Assembly: GCF_000143415.4 (NCBI RefSeq)
Contig: NW_003314262.1
Location: 5,548,364-5,612,363, forward strand
Length of the DNA: 64,000 nt
Origin: Selaginella moellendorffii
Taxonomy: Eukaryota; Plantae; Lycopodiophyta
Direction: 5' to 3'
A program made the translations under genes and the position numbers. Positions 1-12,492 of the stretch are shown here, piece by piece. The number at the start of each line of letters is the position of its first letter. Within the stretch, counting starts at the first letter, position 1. Under the pieces are notes generated by a model. It was not told the origin of the DNA, did no database searches, and saw nothing but the letters and a program-made list of their open reading frames with translations.

Positions 1-3000
1 ACCGCCGCCTCTTTGGCTTTGGCCTTTGGAAGAAAACGTTGGGATCGCAAGAGCCGTGGCTTACCATTCTCTGAGATGGAAATTTCTGGCGTGCTTTGAT
101 GTCTTGCGGGATGTTCTCTGGAGCAAAGGGTGGCGCTGTGTTGCTCGAGTGCCCTCTTCTTTGAGTCCTAAAGTTGGGAGCTCCTGAATCATTTATGTCC
201 AACCTTAGCGAGATAATTAATGTTATGCTGCTGTTCAACCAGAGCAGGAAGATCCCAATGCTAGAGCATTACATAAGGCTTGATTCCTAGATCAAGGAAG
301 TTCTTTCTCTTGAAAATCAATATTGATAAGGATTTAAGGTTTTCACCAGCTTGTTCAAGTAACAGTTGTAATTGGATCGACTCAATCGCCTACAGTGAGT
401 TTAGCTCACAAGGAAAATTCTATGAGAGCAACTTGAACAAGAAAATCTCAATTCTTGTCAAAGTTCAACTCACATGGAAAATCTGCAGCCATCCATATTC
501 ATGGACTTCACGTGGGGAAATGAGCAACATTTTCCACAATAGAGAAATAGATTGATTGACTGTGACATTAAATTAAGATGTTAACATATTTAAAGTTAAA
601 TAATATTTATTATATATCCTTCCTTATATATAAATTGTTTTGATTGACTTTGTTTTTTCCTTTTGTGTTTTAATTTGCTATAGTTCTTTTTTCATCCATA
701 CCTACATTTTAACAATAGGGGATATAGTTAAAAATTGTCTTGACACTTTAACTTTCAAGTTTTTAAATTCGAGATTTAAACGATTTTAAATGGAAGATTG
801 AAGCTAAAAAAGAAAATACATGAATATTAAAAGAGATGATCATTTTTAATTACACAAAACACTTGGATAATGTAAAGTATAAAAAGGGTGGATCTATAAA
901 AAAATTTAAGAGGAAAGATAATAAGGGAAATGAATTTAACAATATTGTTATGAGAATAAGTGTTATTAGAATTATCTCTAATGCAAGAAGGAATGAGAGA
1001 ATATAAGAAATGTTTATCTCAACATTCAAAAATGGGATATTTGAAATAAACAATTAAACTATTGGAACATATTAAATAATAAACACATTACATCACATTG
1101 TGATTTATAATAAGAGTTTTATAAGAAAATATATCAACACATTTTAGAAAATAGAAACAAATTTAGGTAGTCTTATTTATAACATATCAATACAAAGATT
1201 TATTGATTAGAATGAAAATGATACACTATTTATTGAACCCTCGCAACCAGCTAAGCCCTCACAATTAACAAAGTTTTTGCAATTTGAAGGTATACAATTT
1301 ATATTTGCTTAATAGTTCACATTTTTATTGCATTATAGATTTAAATTTAATTTTGAAAATAATAAAGGTAAGAAAACCAAAAGTGATAGAGGGCACTAAA
1401 AAATGCTAAAAAGATGGTCAAGATAGAATAAACTTAAGAAGTCCAAATAAAACTTATATATAATTTCTATAAGGTTAAGTAGCAAATAGTTATTAATACT
1501 TTTTATTCAAAATCACAATGGATATGAAATACTTGAGTAGTAATCTAAAAGATATCAGGGAATAGTTTGTTCATAAAAAAAAAAATTATTTGAGGTGAAC
1601 TAAAAAAAGAATATAATTTTTTTATTGGTGCAAATTCAATATATAATCTATTATAATTTTTCTAAATCTAGATTTAAAAGTATTTTTAGCAACATTACTT
1701 TCTTTAGTGTCATAATTTGGCTACTACCATTCCACTCCTCCTACATAATAGTAGAAGTTGTAATGCAATTAAATTCTGTATAAAGATAATCATGATAAAA
1801 TTATAAGTAACAAGAAAGAATAACTTAAAAAATTATCCATTAAAGTTTAAATATAAAGAGAAAAGGCATGTATTTTAAGGTCTTGAGTAGTATTGAGTTA
1901 GGAAGTTCAAATAAAAACTTTATATTCAAAATTTTTTATTCTAAACATACCACATTTAAATAAGTGTGTCATTAATGAGATAAAAAATAGCAAAACTATT
2001 CAAAGCTATAAAGGAGTGTAGCCTTTCATATTATTAAAGTGTGTGTTAAACAATAAATTCAAATACCTCCATGACTATTTAAGATCACTACAAAATCTTC
2101 TTCCTTATTATCATTTCATTCTTTAAAGTTATTACTTCATCCTATAAGCCACCATCACTTTTAATTGCTCTCGTTGAGTTCTAGAAGGAAAATTTGAATT
2201 AGAGTTTTTAAGGTAAAATTAAAGAGAATTAAAGGCCTTAAAAAAGTCTATAGGTATCATGGTGGTGCTTAAATTTGAGATCTAATCAAGATCCCAATTA
2301 AAGACCATAGTTAGGAAAAATTATAATGGTGAAAAACTAATTTTGGATAAATCTTGTGAATTTGGTGGTGGAAATATCTTGTTCAGTAAGTTATTATTGT
2401 AGAGATTACATTAAATATATTTTTAGAAGCATACTCAAACACTTCTAGAATTTATATAAGTTTCAAGTCCATTTGAGTTTCCTAAAAATAAAATTTTTAG
2501 TTTGAATGTAATGAAGATTTTAACTCCCTTAAAACACTACCTTGCAAATAAATGAAAATTCTGAACTGAAAATGATGTTAGAGATATTAAGTTTTCCTTT
2601 GATTGCACCCTTGATGTTGCTATGAGTGTTTTTAATTGTCCTCTTGATCACTAGTGGAGCAATTCCATCTGCTTTGAATTTTCTTGGGTGCACTAGTTAT
2701 AGCACTACCAAACCTAAAATCTTTATTTTTTTAAAGCCAATTATCCATTTTAGGTTGACCTGTAAAAGGGTCATATAAAACATTAAAGGCCCCAATCATC
2801 TAGGGGTTCTAGAATGCAAGGTGACCAAACTAAGAAGAGGCTGAACTTCCCTGTAGTCATCCTTGGATGTAAAGACTATATAACAATAATCGAGGACTTA
2901 GAAGTGGAGAAGAGCAAGAAGATCCTGGCAATAGCATCACCTCACTGGCATTTTCTTTTATTTTGCTAGAGTGCAAGGGAGAAGTATTGAAATTCGAGAG

Positions 3001-4689
3001 AACATTCAAGAAAAAGGGGATATTCTAGAGAGTCAGGTTAAGGACACAAGAATGTAGTGGAGCTTGGCATGAGCCAAAGAGGCAGAACAATGGAGCCCAA
3101 AGCAAAGCTGATGTGGTGAAGCAGCATATCTAGGTGTGCGAGCAAGCCAGTTGTCAGGTGAGCAGTGGGTGAGTACATTGTGGGCAAAAGTGAATAGATT
3201 TTTGGTCAAGATCTTGGTGGAGTTGTTTGGAAGAATAGAAATTTTATGTTCCTTCACAGCTCTTGGGGTTTCTAAGTTATGGCTTGGTTTGTCATTGTAA
3301 TGTTTGGTACATTAGCCACAAACCAAGCCAAAACCCTAGGCTCAACACCCCAAGAGCTCAAGAGCTGAGAAGGAAAATAAAACTTGTATTCTTCCAACAA
3401 CTCGGCCAAGGCCTCAGTTAACAATATGAGCCACTCTTGCCCACAATGTGGGCACACTATACTCCCTGGAAGATCCCTTCAAAATCTATCTAACCATGTT
3501 TCTATTTGATAAATTCGAAGACAATGTTAAGGAGCCAAGATTGATGGAGAGGGGAAGACGGTCCAGCTTTATATATCATCCATGGAACACGGCATTGAGA
3601 GGGCCACCGGGGTCGGCCGTGGAGAAGGGGGAGGATTGCTCCGACTGCATTGTGTGTTCCAAGGGCCTGGTACACAAGTTTGATCAAGGGATACCTTCCA
3701 GCCTCTCCCGCTGCTCCAGAGACTTTAGAAGCAATGCAAAAGTGGGGACGGGCAGTGGTTCACTATCTGGATATATGTCTTTGGAGGAGCTGCTGGTGGG
3801 ACTGTCCATCTTTGGCTCGCGAGGATGGGGATGCCACCGTGCTTGTACCTCTATGTAGCACGAACATACACAAGTTTCCTCGACTTTTCCAGGATCCATA
3901 ACTTAATCCCAGTTCTTAGCTCTATTCGTCCAAGTTTGCTGCTAGCCAAGAGTGTGTGCTCCCTCGGAAGCCTCGTATAGCAAATGCCTAAGGCTCATCA
4001 AATGTGATCCAGTTCTTTGCCCTGTCTCCAAGGCCTCAAAGCGTGCCTCATACGCAACAAATTTCTCCCTGAATCATCGATCAGATACTTTCATCTCAAG
4101 CTCAAACTCGATCAGAAAGAGTTGAGCTAGATACTTAACCTTATGCTGCTGTTCAACCATCCACCAGAGAGGTACAGAGCCTCAGAAACTAAAAAAGATC
4201 TCAATTCCTGGATCAAGAAGGCCAAAGTTCTTTCTCTATCCAAGGACTTAAAGTTCTCACCAGCTTGTTTGAAGCTATCAATCATTGAGTTGTGGATCAA
4301 CTCGATCACCTTGCCGTGAATCTAGCTCCCGCCAGGAAAATTGTCTAGCAAGAAAATGTGAAAAACAGAGAACAAAAGGGAAAAGTTGGGCTCCAGCTTA
4401 TTTATATTTCCATAGACATCTGGATACTTATGTAGGCATCCATATCCATCCCCTTCATGGACTTTATATCATCAGTACCAAGAAGAAATAGCCCCCACTT
4501 TAAACCTGTGATATTGATCGATCGCCATTGCTCCTGTCTATAATTTTCCCTCAAATCTTTGATTGCTCGCTTGAATCGACCGTATGAGAGAATGTGAAAA
4601 GCAAACCATGCATTAGAAGACTCTCAAGGATCCCTAGATTCTATATAAGATCCTTTTAGGTCTTATCCGAAACTAGGGTTCTTGAGAGA

Positions 4690-5174
4690 ATGTCGTACTT
4701 GCTGCCCCACCTCCACTCCGGCTATGTTGTGGATCAAGCGATCCTCACGGAGGACGAGCGCGTCGTGGTGATTCGCTTCGGCCACGATTGGGACGAGACG
4801 TGTATGCAGGTAAGCTGGAATCGCTCTCCCGGCAATCTCTTTGCCCTAATTCCGTGTCCTCGCAGATGGACGAGGTGCTGGCCAATGTCGCGGAGCCGCT
4901 CAAGAATTTCGCCGTGATCTACCTGGTGGACATCACCGAGGTCCCGGATTTCAACACCATGTACGAGCTCTACGATCCCTGTACTGTGATGTTCTTCTTC
5001 CGTAACAAGCACATCATGATCGACCTTGGCACCGGCAACAACAACAAGATCAACTGGGCGCTCAAGGACAAGCAGGAGTTCATCGACATTGTGGAGACTG
5101 TCTACCGCGGCGCCAGGAAAGGTCGAGGTCTCGTTGTTTCTCCCAAGGATTATTCCACCAAGTACCGCTACTAA
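4690..5174 (+). CDS. DIM1: DIM1/YLS8/TXNL4A U5 snRNP thioredoxin-like protein, 142 aa; exons 4690-4809 and 4866-5174
   Basis: MSYLLPHLHSG...GHDWDETCMQ / MDEVLA...MFFFRNKHIMIDLGTGNNNKINWA...SPKDYSTKYRY. A GT-AG intron at 4810-4865 gives the canonical 142-aa length. Confidence 0.97.
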
Positions 5175-5695
5175 GAAGGAACAAAAGAACAAAACAAGAA
5201 CAAGATGGTAATGGATCAATTTACGCGATTGCTAAGCGACTTCTCTTCTCTTTTACAGACTTTTCAAGCAGCAGTCCCGAGCTTAGAAGATCTTAGTTCG
5301 ATCTAGTATTGGAAAAGGTATACTCTTTTCTAATAGAACAGACGACTTAATACTTGGGTCTTTTGTTTTTCATTTTTCATAACTTAAAGAGCACACACGA
5401 GAGGACGAAAGTGAATACCCGAACCACTTGCTTTACAAGGTGGTATCTCTGCAATGCGTGCCAGCAGACAACACGGTAAAAGGCTTCCCCCGCTGGATAA
5501 CGAAGAGTCAAAGACAAAACACAGAAGGGGTGCTGCGGGAGAAAGAAATGCAGTGCTCCAGAGGACGAGCAGGATGGATGATATTCCCTCAAGGCAACAA
5601 ACTTCAAGAGACAAAACGAGGGACGTGATCACGGGAAGGACCAGAAACAAACTTACGGAAACGAGAGAAGCTGAAAGAAGAGAAAGGTTGAGACT

Positions 5696-6020
5696 TTAGA
5701 GCTCGTTGCTCGGCGTCACTGCTCCTTTCCCTTTCGGGACCGTGTGTGGAGATGAGGGTGTTGATGGCGACGATGGAATCCAGAGAGAGCTTTGCCGAGG
5801 GCAGGATTTGCACAGCCACAGTGAGAAGAGTGCTGGTGGCATCGTTCTGGAGGACGCTGCTGGTAGAGTGCGGCTCCGAGCCGTCGGGAAGGATGACGAA
5901 GCCTGAGGGGAGCACATCAACGTGAGCTGGATCACCGCCTTGAATCATCATGTTGATCATGGTGAGCTCCACCTGGACGTAGATGATGAGGGAACCGGAA
6001 GCGTCAGTGCACTCTCCCTA
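5696..6020 (-). pseudogene. Duplicated, frameshifted fragment of the last exon of the HD-ZIP IV gene
   Basis: Near-copy of 9088-9420 ([32 protein letters not shown]...) with small deletions and a frameshift; no upstream exons. Confidence 0.92.
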
Positions 6021-6039
6021 TTCCAGAACTGGAGACGCT

Positions 6040-6700
6040 GGCATCCGATCGTGGAATTCACTGCTGCTGGATATGTTGTAAATAGGGAGAGTGAAGTGAG
6101 CTTGGATATCGACAAGGATGATGAAATCTGGTGGGCGGAACTGGATGTAGTACCGATTGCAGAGCTACTATTTTCCTGGTTCGGCAAATCCATCTAGCTG
6201 CTGCATGCAAAACTCTCATGGATCCTAGTCGTGCGGTTTGTTTTCAAAGCAAACACCCAGCAGGAATGGAAGAAACCATGGCAAATTCCCTGGTAGACAT
6301 GTACGCCCACTGCAGAAGAACATATGGTCGAAGCTCGAAACGTTTTCGATGAGAGACGTGGTTCACTGCTGCTGGGATATGTTGTCAACAGGGAGAGTGA
6401 ATTGAGCCTGGATATCAACATGGTCTGGTGGGCAGAACTGGATGTAGTGGTAGCATTTATACCATACGTAACCCTATTTTCCAGGGACTCCAGTCTTGCC
6501 TTGAAATGAGTCGTGCCAAGAATTTTGCTTCTGGAGAATCCATGGCTTGAGAAGTTCTCCAGCAGTGAAAGCAAATGTGGTTTCTTCCTCCGTGGAGCAT
6601 TAAGGGTCTGGCAGTGCTGGACGTACTCTATTATATTAGCATTACCAAAGCATGGAGTATCTCTTATTGGAATCCTCCATGGCTGTAACACTTGTCTCAT
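6040..6700 (+). pseudogene. Degenerate PLS-class PPR gene fragment
   Basis: Broken motifs SWNSLLLGYV.N.ESE.SL, NSLVDMYAHC, MVEARNVFDE and IGILHGC spread over several frames; internal duplication about 6054-6180 vs 6360-6485. Confidence 0.7.
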
Positions 6701-8046
6701 CCTATCTTACCTTCAACGAGCTAGACTATTCACCCATTCCATTGGAACGAGCTCAAGCAAGGATAGATTATTTCAACACGATTGCCCACTCGAAATTAAG
6801 AACCACCACCCCAAGTGGCCTTTTCGATTTTAACTCGCGGTAAGTGTCAGGTTTAGGAAAGTTGGTGGCGATGCTTTATCTGTTGTCAAGCAACACTACC
6901 AAGCTCTGTGCCTGTGTATCCTCAGCAAGTGTCATGGAGGAAGCTCTCCATCACTCCACCGGCCAGTGACAATGGCAGCATCCATGCTCTGAATGCAGTT
7001 GAAGAATACAGGCACACTCCAAGGATTGTATTGAATTTCTCTTCTTTTCCAGGGAGCATCTTGCAGCATGCAAGCTTCAGCTAGGCAGAGTTGTTCGAAG
7101 CACGTACTTCCTGTTGCCACCCAAACCTTATGGGGATGGGGGCAGAGGAGTGGGAAATGCTTTACCAGTTGAACGTCACTGTAGTTGTCCTTAGGTGTAC
7201 AGACTATATAACAGAGCGGCCGAGGACTTGGAAGTGGCGGCAGAGAAAGAAGATCCTCGTGCATGGTGATGTCGTCACCTCACTGATGCCAAGGGAATGG
7301 CATTTTCTTTTATTTTTCTAGAGTTAGCGAGTCCTGGAGTGGAGAATCGTCAAGATTCCAGAGAACATTCAAGAAAATCCAAAGAGTGGTGAAGAGGAGG
7401 TCAGGGAAGTGAGAGTGTGGCATGACACAAAGAGGCGGAAGAATGGAGGCCAAAGCAGAGCCAATGTGGTGAAGCGGCGTATCTGGGTGCAGCAAGCAAC
7501 TCAGGTGAGTATATTGTGGGCAAAAGTGGATCAGATTTCTGGTTGAAGTCTTGACTGAGTTATTGGAAGAATAAAAGCTTTATGTTCCTCCACAGCTCTT
7601 GGGGGTGTTGAGACCAGGTTCTAAGTTCTGGATTGGTTTGTCATCATCATGTTTGGTGCATTGGCCGATGATGATGACAAACCAAGCCAGAACCCTGGGC
7701 TCAACACCCCAAGAGTTGTGGGACACAAAACTTATATTCTTCCAAAAAACTGACTCACTCACCTTACAGTGAATCCAGGAAAAATTGTCTAACAATCAAA
7801 TATGAAGAGAAGAGAACAAAAAGATCATAAGCTTTGTACCAGGAAAAGCTGGGCTCCAGCTTATGTATATTTCTATAGACATCTGAATACCTACATATCC
7901 ATGCTTATCTCATCGTGGAACGAGGTTAATTTGATCTCATCACTCAGTATCAAGAAGAAAATTTTATGCCACCATATGCTATGGAAAAATGCTTAATAAA
8001 TGTTGCCCTAGATTCTATATAACATCCTCTTAGGTCTTGTCCGATT

Positions 8047-8488
8047 CACCTCCACTCCGCCTATGTTGTGGATCAAGCGATCCTCACAGTGGACGAGCGC
8101 GTCGTGGTGATTCGCTTATTGGGACGAGACGTGTATGCAGGTAAGCTGGAATCACTCTCCCGGTAATCTCTTTGCCCTAATTCCGTGTCCGCGCTGATGG
8201 ACGAAGTTTCGCGGAGCCGCTCAAGAATTTGGCCGTGATCTATCTGGTGGACATCACCGAGTCCCGGACTTCAACACCATGTACGAGCTCTACGATCCCT
8301 GTACCGTGATGTTCTTCCGCAACAAGCACATCATGATCGACCTTGGCACCGGCAACAACAACAAGATCAACTGGGCGCTCAAGGACAAGCAGGAGTTCAT
8401 CGACATTGTGGAGACTGTCTACCCCGTCGCCAGGAAAGGTCGGGGTCTCGTTGTCTCTCCCAAGGATTATTCCACCAAGTACCGCTAG
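8047..8488 (+). pseudogene. DIM1 pseudogene
   Basis: Close copy of 4690-5174, but the ATG region is deleted, the intron acceptor is lost and there are several frameshifting indels. Confidence 0.93.
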
Positions 8489-8719
8489 GAACAAAAGAAC
8501 AAAACAAGAACAAGATGGTAATGGATCAATTCGCGCGATCGCTAAGCCACTTCTCTCTGTTTTTTTTACAGACTTTTCAAGCAGCTTGGAAGATCTTAGC
8601 TCTATCTAGTAATGGTGGATTGGACAAGGTATACTCTTTTCTAGTAGAACAAGTCGACTTAATACTTGGGTCTTTTGTTTTTCATTTTCCATAACTTAAG
8701 AGCACACACGAGAGGACGA

Positions 8720-8823
8720 AAGTCAATACCCGAACCACTCGCCTTACAAGGTGGTGTCTCTGCAATGCGTGCCAGCAGACAACACGGTGAAAGGCAGGAA
8801 ATTCCGAGGTGCGTTCTTGACTT
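8720..8823 (-). promoter_or_regulatory. Conserved HD-ZIP IV 3' UTR motif pair (AAGTCAAGAACG ... TGGTTCGGGTATTGACTT), predicted to base-pair
   Basis: Plus-strand aagtcaatacccgaacca at 8720-8737 and cgttcttgactt at 8812-8823. These match from memory the known land-plant HD-ZIP IV 3' UTR elements; AAGTCAA/TTGACTT and GAAC/GTTC are complementary. Confidence 0.85.
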
Positions 8824-9087
8824 TCCCCTGCTGGATAGTAAGTAAATAACGAAAAGTCAAAGACAAAACACAGGCAAAAAGGACGGGGCTATGGAGGTTT
8901 CTGCCTGTTGCTGAGGGAGAAATCAACGCAGTGCTCCAGAGGACGAGCAGGATGGTTGATATCCCCTCAAGGCAACAAACTTCTTCAAGAGACAAAACGA
9001 GGGGCGTGATCACGGGAAGGACGAGAAACAAACTTACGGAAACGAGAGAAGCTGAAAGAAGGGAAGCGATCTTCGAAGGTTGAGACT

Positions 9088-12000
9088 TTAGAGCTCGTTG
9101 CTCGGCGTCAGTGCTCCTTTCACCTTCTGGACCGTGTTGGAGATGAGGGTGTTGATGGCGACGATGGAATCCAGTGAGAGCTTTGCCGAGGGTAGGGTGC
9201 TGATGAGGATTTGCACGGCCACGGTGAGAAGAGTGCCGGTGGCATCGTTCTGGAGGATGCTGGTGGTCGAGTGCGGCTCCGAGCCGTCGGGAAGGATGAC
9301 GAAGCCCGAGGGGAGCACAGCTACGTGAGCTGGATCACCGCCTTGAATCATCATATTGATCATGGTGAGCTCCACCGGGGCGTAGACGACGAGGGAACCG
9401 GAAGTATCAGTGCAGCTCTCTTGGAGGAAGAGCATCTGGTTCTGATTAGCGTTGAGAGTCTGGTTGAGAGCCTGGACGAGCAAGAAAAGATGGTTATGAT
9501 CGAACAAAGTTGCGAGAGGAGAAGCTTACATCGATCCGGAAGAGAGAGACGTCGTTCCCGGTGGCTTGGCCTTTGGCGATGCGGGCTACTTCCTGAACCA
9601 TTCCACTGTTATCCCACTGCGGAGAACCACAAAGACATCAGCGAAAGGACAAGGCTTTGAGAGTCACGAGCAAGAAGGACGTACCTCGCTACGGAGGTGC
9701 TCGCTGCGGAGATAGTCAAAAACTCGGGCTGGAGCCAACGGGAGCCAGAGCGTGGTGGCAGCGCTGAGAACTATGCCGTGGGGCTCGCCGGGGTTGTCGA
9801 CGCTCTTGCGCGTCATGACACGGATATCGTCGTGAACGCTGCCAGAGAGTGTTGTCCACTGGCTGCTCGGAGCACCAACGCCGGCGCAGAAGTTAGTGGT
9901 CATGCGCTGCGAGAGCTTGAGCAGGGACTGGCGAGCAGGAGAGTTTGGAATCACTGCAAACAAGACGGCACGTAAGAACTCGCTGGAACTCTAGAGGATG
10001 GAACTCTCACCTCCGATTTCTCGAGCTGAAGCGAGACCCGGGAGATAGCAAGTCAGTGCTTCGCACTGACGCTGGAGAGTGGCCAGCCACTTCCGCGCAC
10101 CGAAGGCTCCACCGCTACTCACCAAGGATTTAAAGAGCTGATGGACGGGCTGGTCGTCGTACTCCATATGTTCCACGACAACAACCTGAGAAGACGAAAG
10201 GAAACGAACAAAAGTTAGCGATGAAACCAGACGAAAGTAACCTGAAAACTAGGACGAGACGAAACCGAAGAGCGACGAAAGAAACGTAAACGAAACTTAA
10301 GATGAAACCAGACTAACGAACGAACCGAGAGACTTTATACCTTGGAGCAGCCGTTTGGCATGTCGTGGATAGAATCCGGCATGTCTTGGATTAGCATTCC
10401 CGATGGAGAGCGTCGGCAATGCAGCGAAGCTGGGGATGGCGTTCCATGGAGACCATCGACGGAGACGTCAACCACGGCCCAGGTGCTGTCCTGATGCTGC
10501 TTGCAGTAACGAAGGAAGTAAACTTCCCTGGTCTGCATCAGCGGGGAGAGAGCTTGGATCTCGGCATACATCTAGAGGAGGGAGAAACGTAAGAACAATC
10601 AGCATGAGACTTGAAAAACAGCGTTGCATACCAGCTGCAGTGTTCCACTTAAACTACCGGGAGCACAAGAGATAACTTCCAGCGTCAGTGCTTTTGAAAC
10701 GTTCGTGCAAAACATCTCCATCCACTTCGCCTGGCAAGGAGAAAAAAAAAAACTCGTGAGAAACGAAAAACCGAGTTACGAACTAGAACATACCGGATCC
10801 ATGAGAACTTCGACCAAGCTCGCGGCGTTCATCATCACAAGCCCATCATCGCGAGTGGCATCGGTCTTGAAACCATACTGCTTGCTTTCGACGAACTTTG
10901 GAAACTGGCGAACGTACTCGTCGTAGTTAAGCACCTCCTTGGAGGCGTCCGGGCTTGGGATCCACACCGGCGAGTCAGGCTGTGCGAGCTGGACGAGCTC
11001 ATCCATTGCCATGACTGCCAGGTCAAGGACGCTGTTCTTCTCGACGTCGCTCAGGACAACAGATTTGTTGGTGCTAAGATTGTTGGAGTTCGAAAGCTCC
11101 TCGACTCCTGATGGTGGCGCTGAAAGTAATCCAGCCACCTGTGCTGGAGGAGACATCGGATTGCTCCCTGCAGCACCCTGGATGGAAAGGTTTAGAGACG
11201 ATCCGGAAAACTGTGGAGCTTGTTGGGAAACCATCGGCGGTACTGATCGTCCAAAAAGCTTTGCAGCGACAGCAGACACTCGATCGAGCTGGACAAACAA
11301 CACAGAAACTTCGTCGTTAGAACTCGGGACAAACAAATAAGACCAAAGACCAGTACCTCGTCCTTCAAGCAAGCGTTCTCGATTCGCAGGTGCTGCTCTT
11401 CGAAGGACATCTCTCGCAGAGTTGCAGGGCCTCCGCAGTTTGGACACGATGCATTGCGTATCGCCTCGCGCATGGTGATGTTTTCAGCGCGGAGCTTCTC
11501 CACCTCGTGGCGCAAAACGTTGTTCTCCGCTCGCTCCTGCTGGGCCTGGACAGGCAAGGAAGATCTTTACGTCAGAAACGCCAAAGAAAAGCTTTTGGAG
11601 CTTCTATCCTACCTTGAGCTGCGTGCGGCGATTCTGGAACCAGAACTTGACTTGCCGAGGCTCCAGTCCTAGCTCCCGGCTCAGCTCCTGGCGCTGCTTA
11701 TCGTCGGGATGAGGACACTCCTTGAACAACCTGGCACGAAGAAAGATAAGTTCTCATCATGCTCTCGGCTTGCAGTACTTACGATTCCATCTCTTGAATC
11801 TGCCTTGCAGTGTGACGATGATAGCGCTTCTTCCTCGGCGGTTCCTGCTCGTCACCCGACGCGTTTCCCATGTTCTCGCTGCCGCTGCCGGACCGGCTCT
11901 CGTTCTCATCCTCCTTGCTCTTGCTCTTGACACCGAGCTCGCCATCGGGAGCCGGCTTGGACTCCAGCTGCATCTCCGGACAGTTTGGCTGCTGCTACAG

Positions 12001-12492
12001 CACGGACACGAGACAGTGAGCAACGCTTCTCAAGATCTTCCGGCCATTCATAGCCTCCCGGAGACAACACCCAGCGAGCAAGAAGCAGGCAAACATGCTT
12101 GGAACAGCTAGCCGCGAAGGTCAAAACCAAAACTCTCAAGCTCCATTCAATGCAACCGTTGCTGTTCTTGCAGGATTCTCACACAGCCACGGAACCCATG
12201 CACGCAAGCGGACGAGCTAAGGCTAGACCAACGACGCAAGAACCACAGAAAGACATGAAAGCTAGAGCCTTTTGAAGGACATGAAAGCTAGATGTTTTTT
12301 TGGAGGACTTACCAGGCCGAGCGAGAGTCCAGGAGAAGTGAAAGAGTTCTTCATCTGAGGCGGCATGCCTGGAGCGCCCCTGTTGATGAGCCGCGACGCC
12401 GACATTGGAATGTTTGCGAGGTCGGAAAGACCCATAGCTCCAAAGCCGGCATTGTCCGCCAGGAGAGCCACCGTCGGGCCGTCAAACCTCAT
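9088..12492 (-). CDS. Class IV HD-ZIP transcription factor (homeodomain, zipper-loop-zipper, START, SAD; ATML1/PDF2/ANL2/GL2 family). 11 exons: 12313-12492, 11783-11994, 11613-11730, 11357-11545, 10794-11288, 10632-10730, 10341-10571, 10011-10185, 9685-9953, 9530-9616, 9088-9471
   Basis: SPGLSLGL; [17 protein letters not shown]; [12 protein letters not shown]; [13 protein letters not shown]; CPNCGG; [11 protein letters not shown]; [11 protein letters not shown]. All introns are GT-AG with consistent phases. Confidence 0.96.

Larger units (their letters stand above)
2840..9420. repeat. Local segmental duplication: copy A about 2840-6020, copy B about 7168-9420
   Basis: Collinear shared blocks: ctgtagt..gactatataaca..aagaagatcct, the upstream block, DIM1, and the HD-ZIP 3' UTR and last exon. 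Copy B lacks about 3400-4310. Confidence 0.88.

Noticed and set aside
560-2830. AT-rich region with short ORFs
   Set aside because: Probably old TE debris; no recognisable motif or termini.
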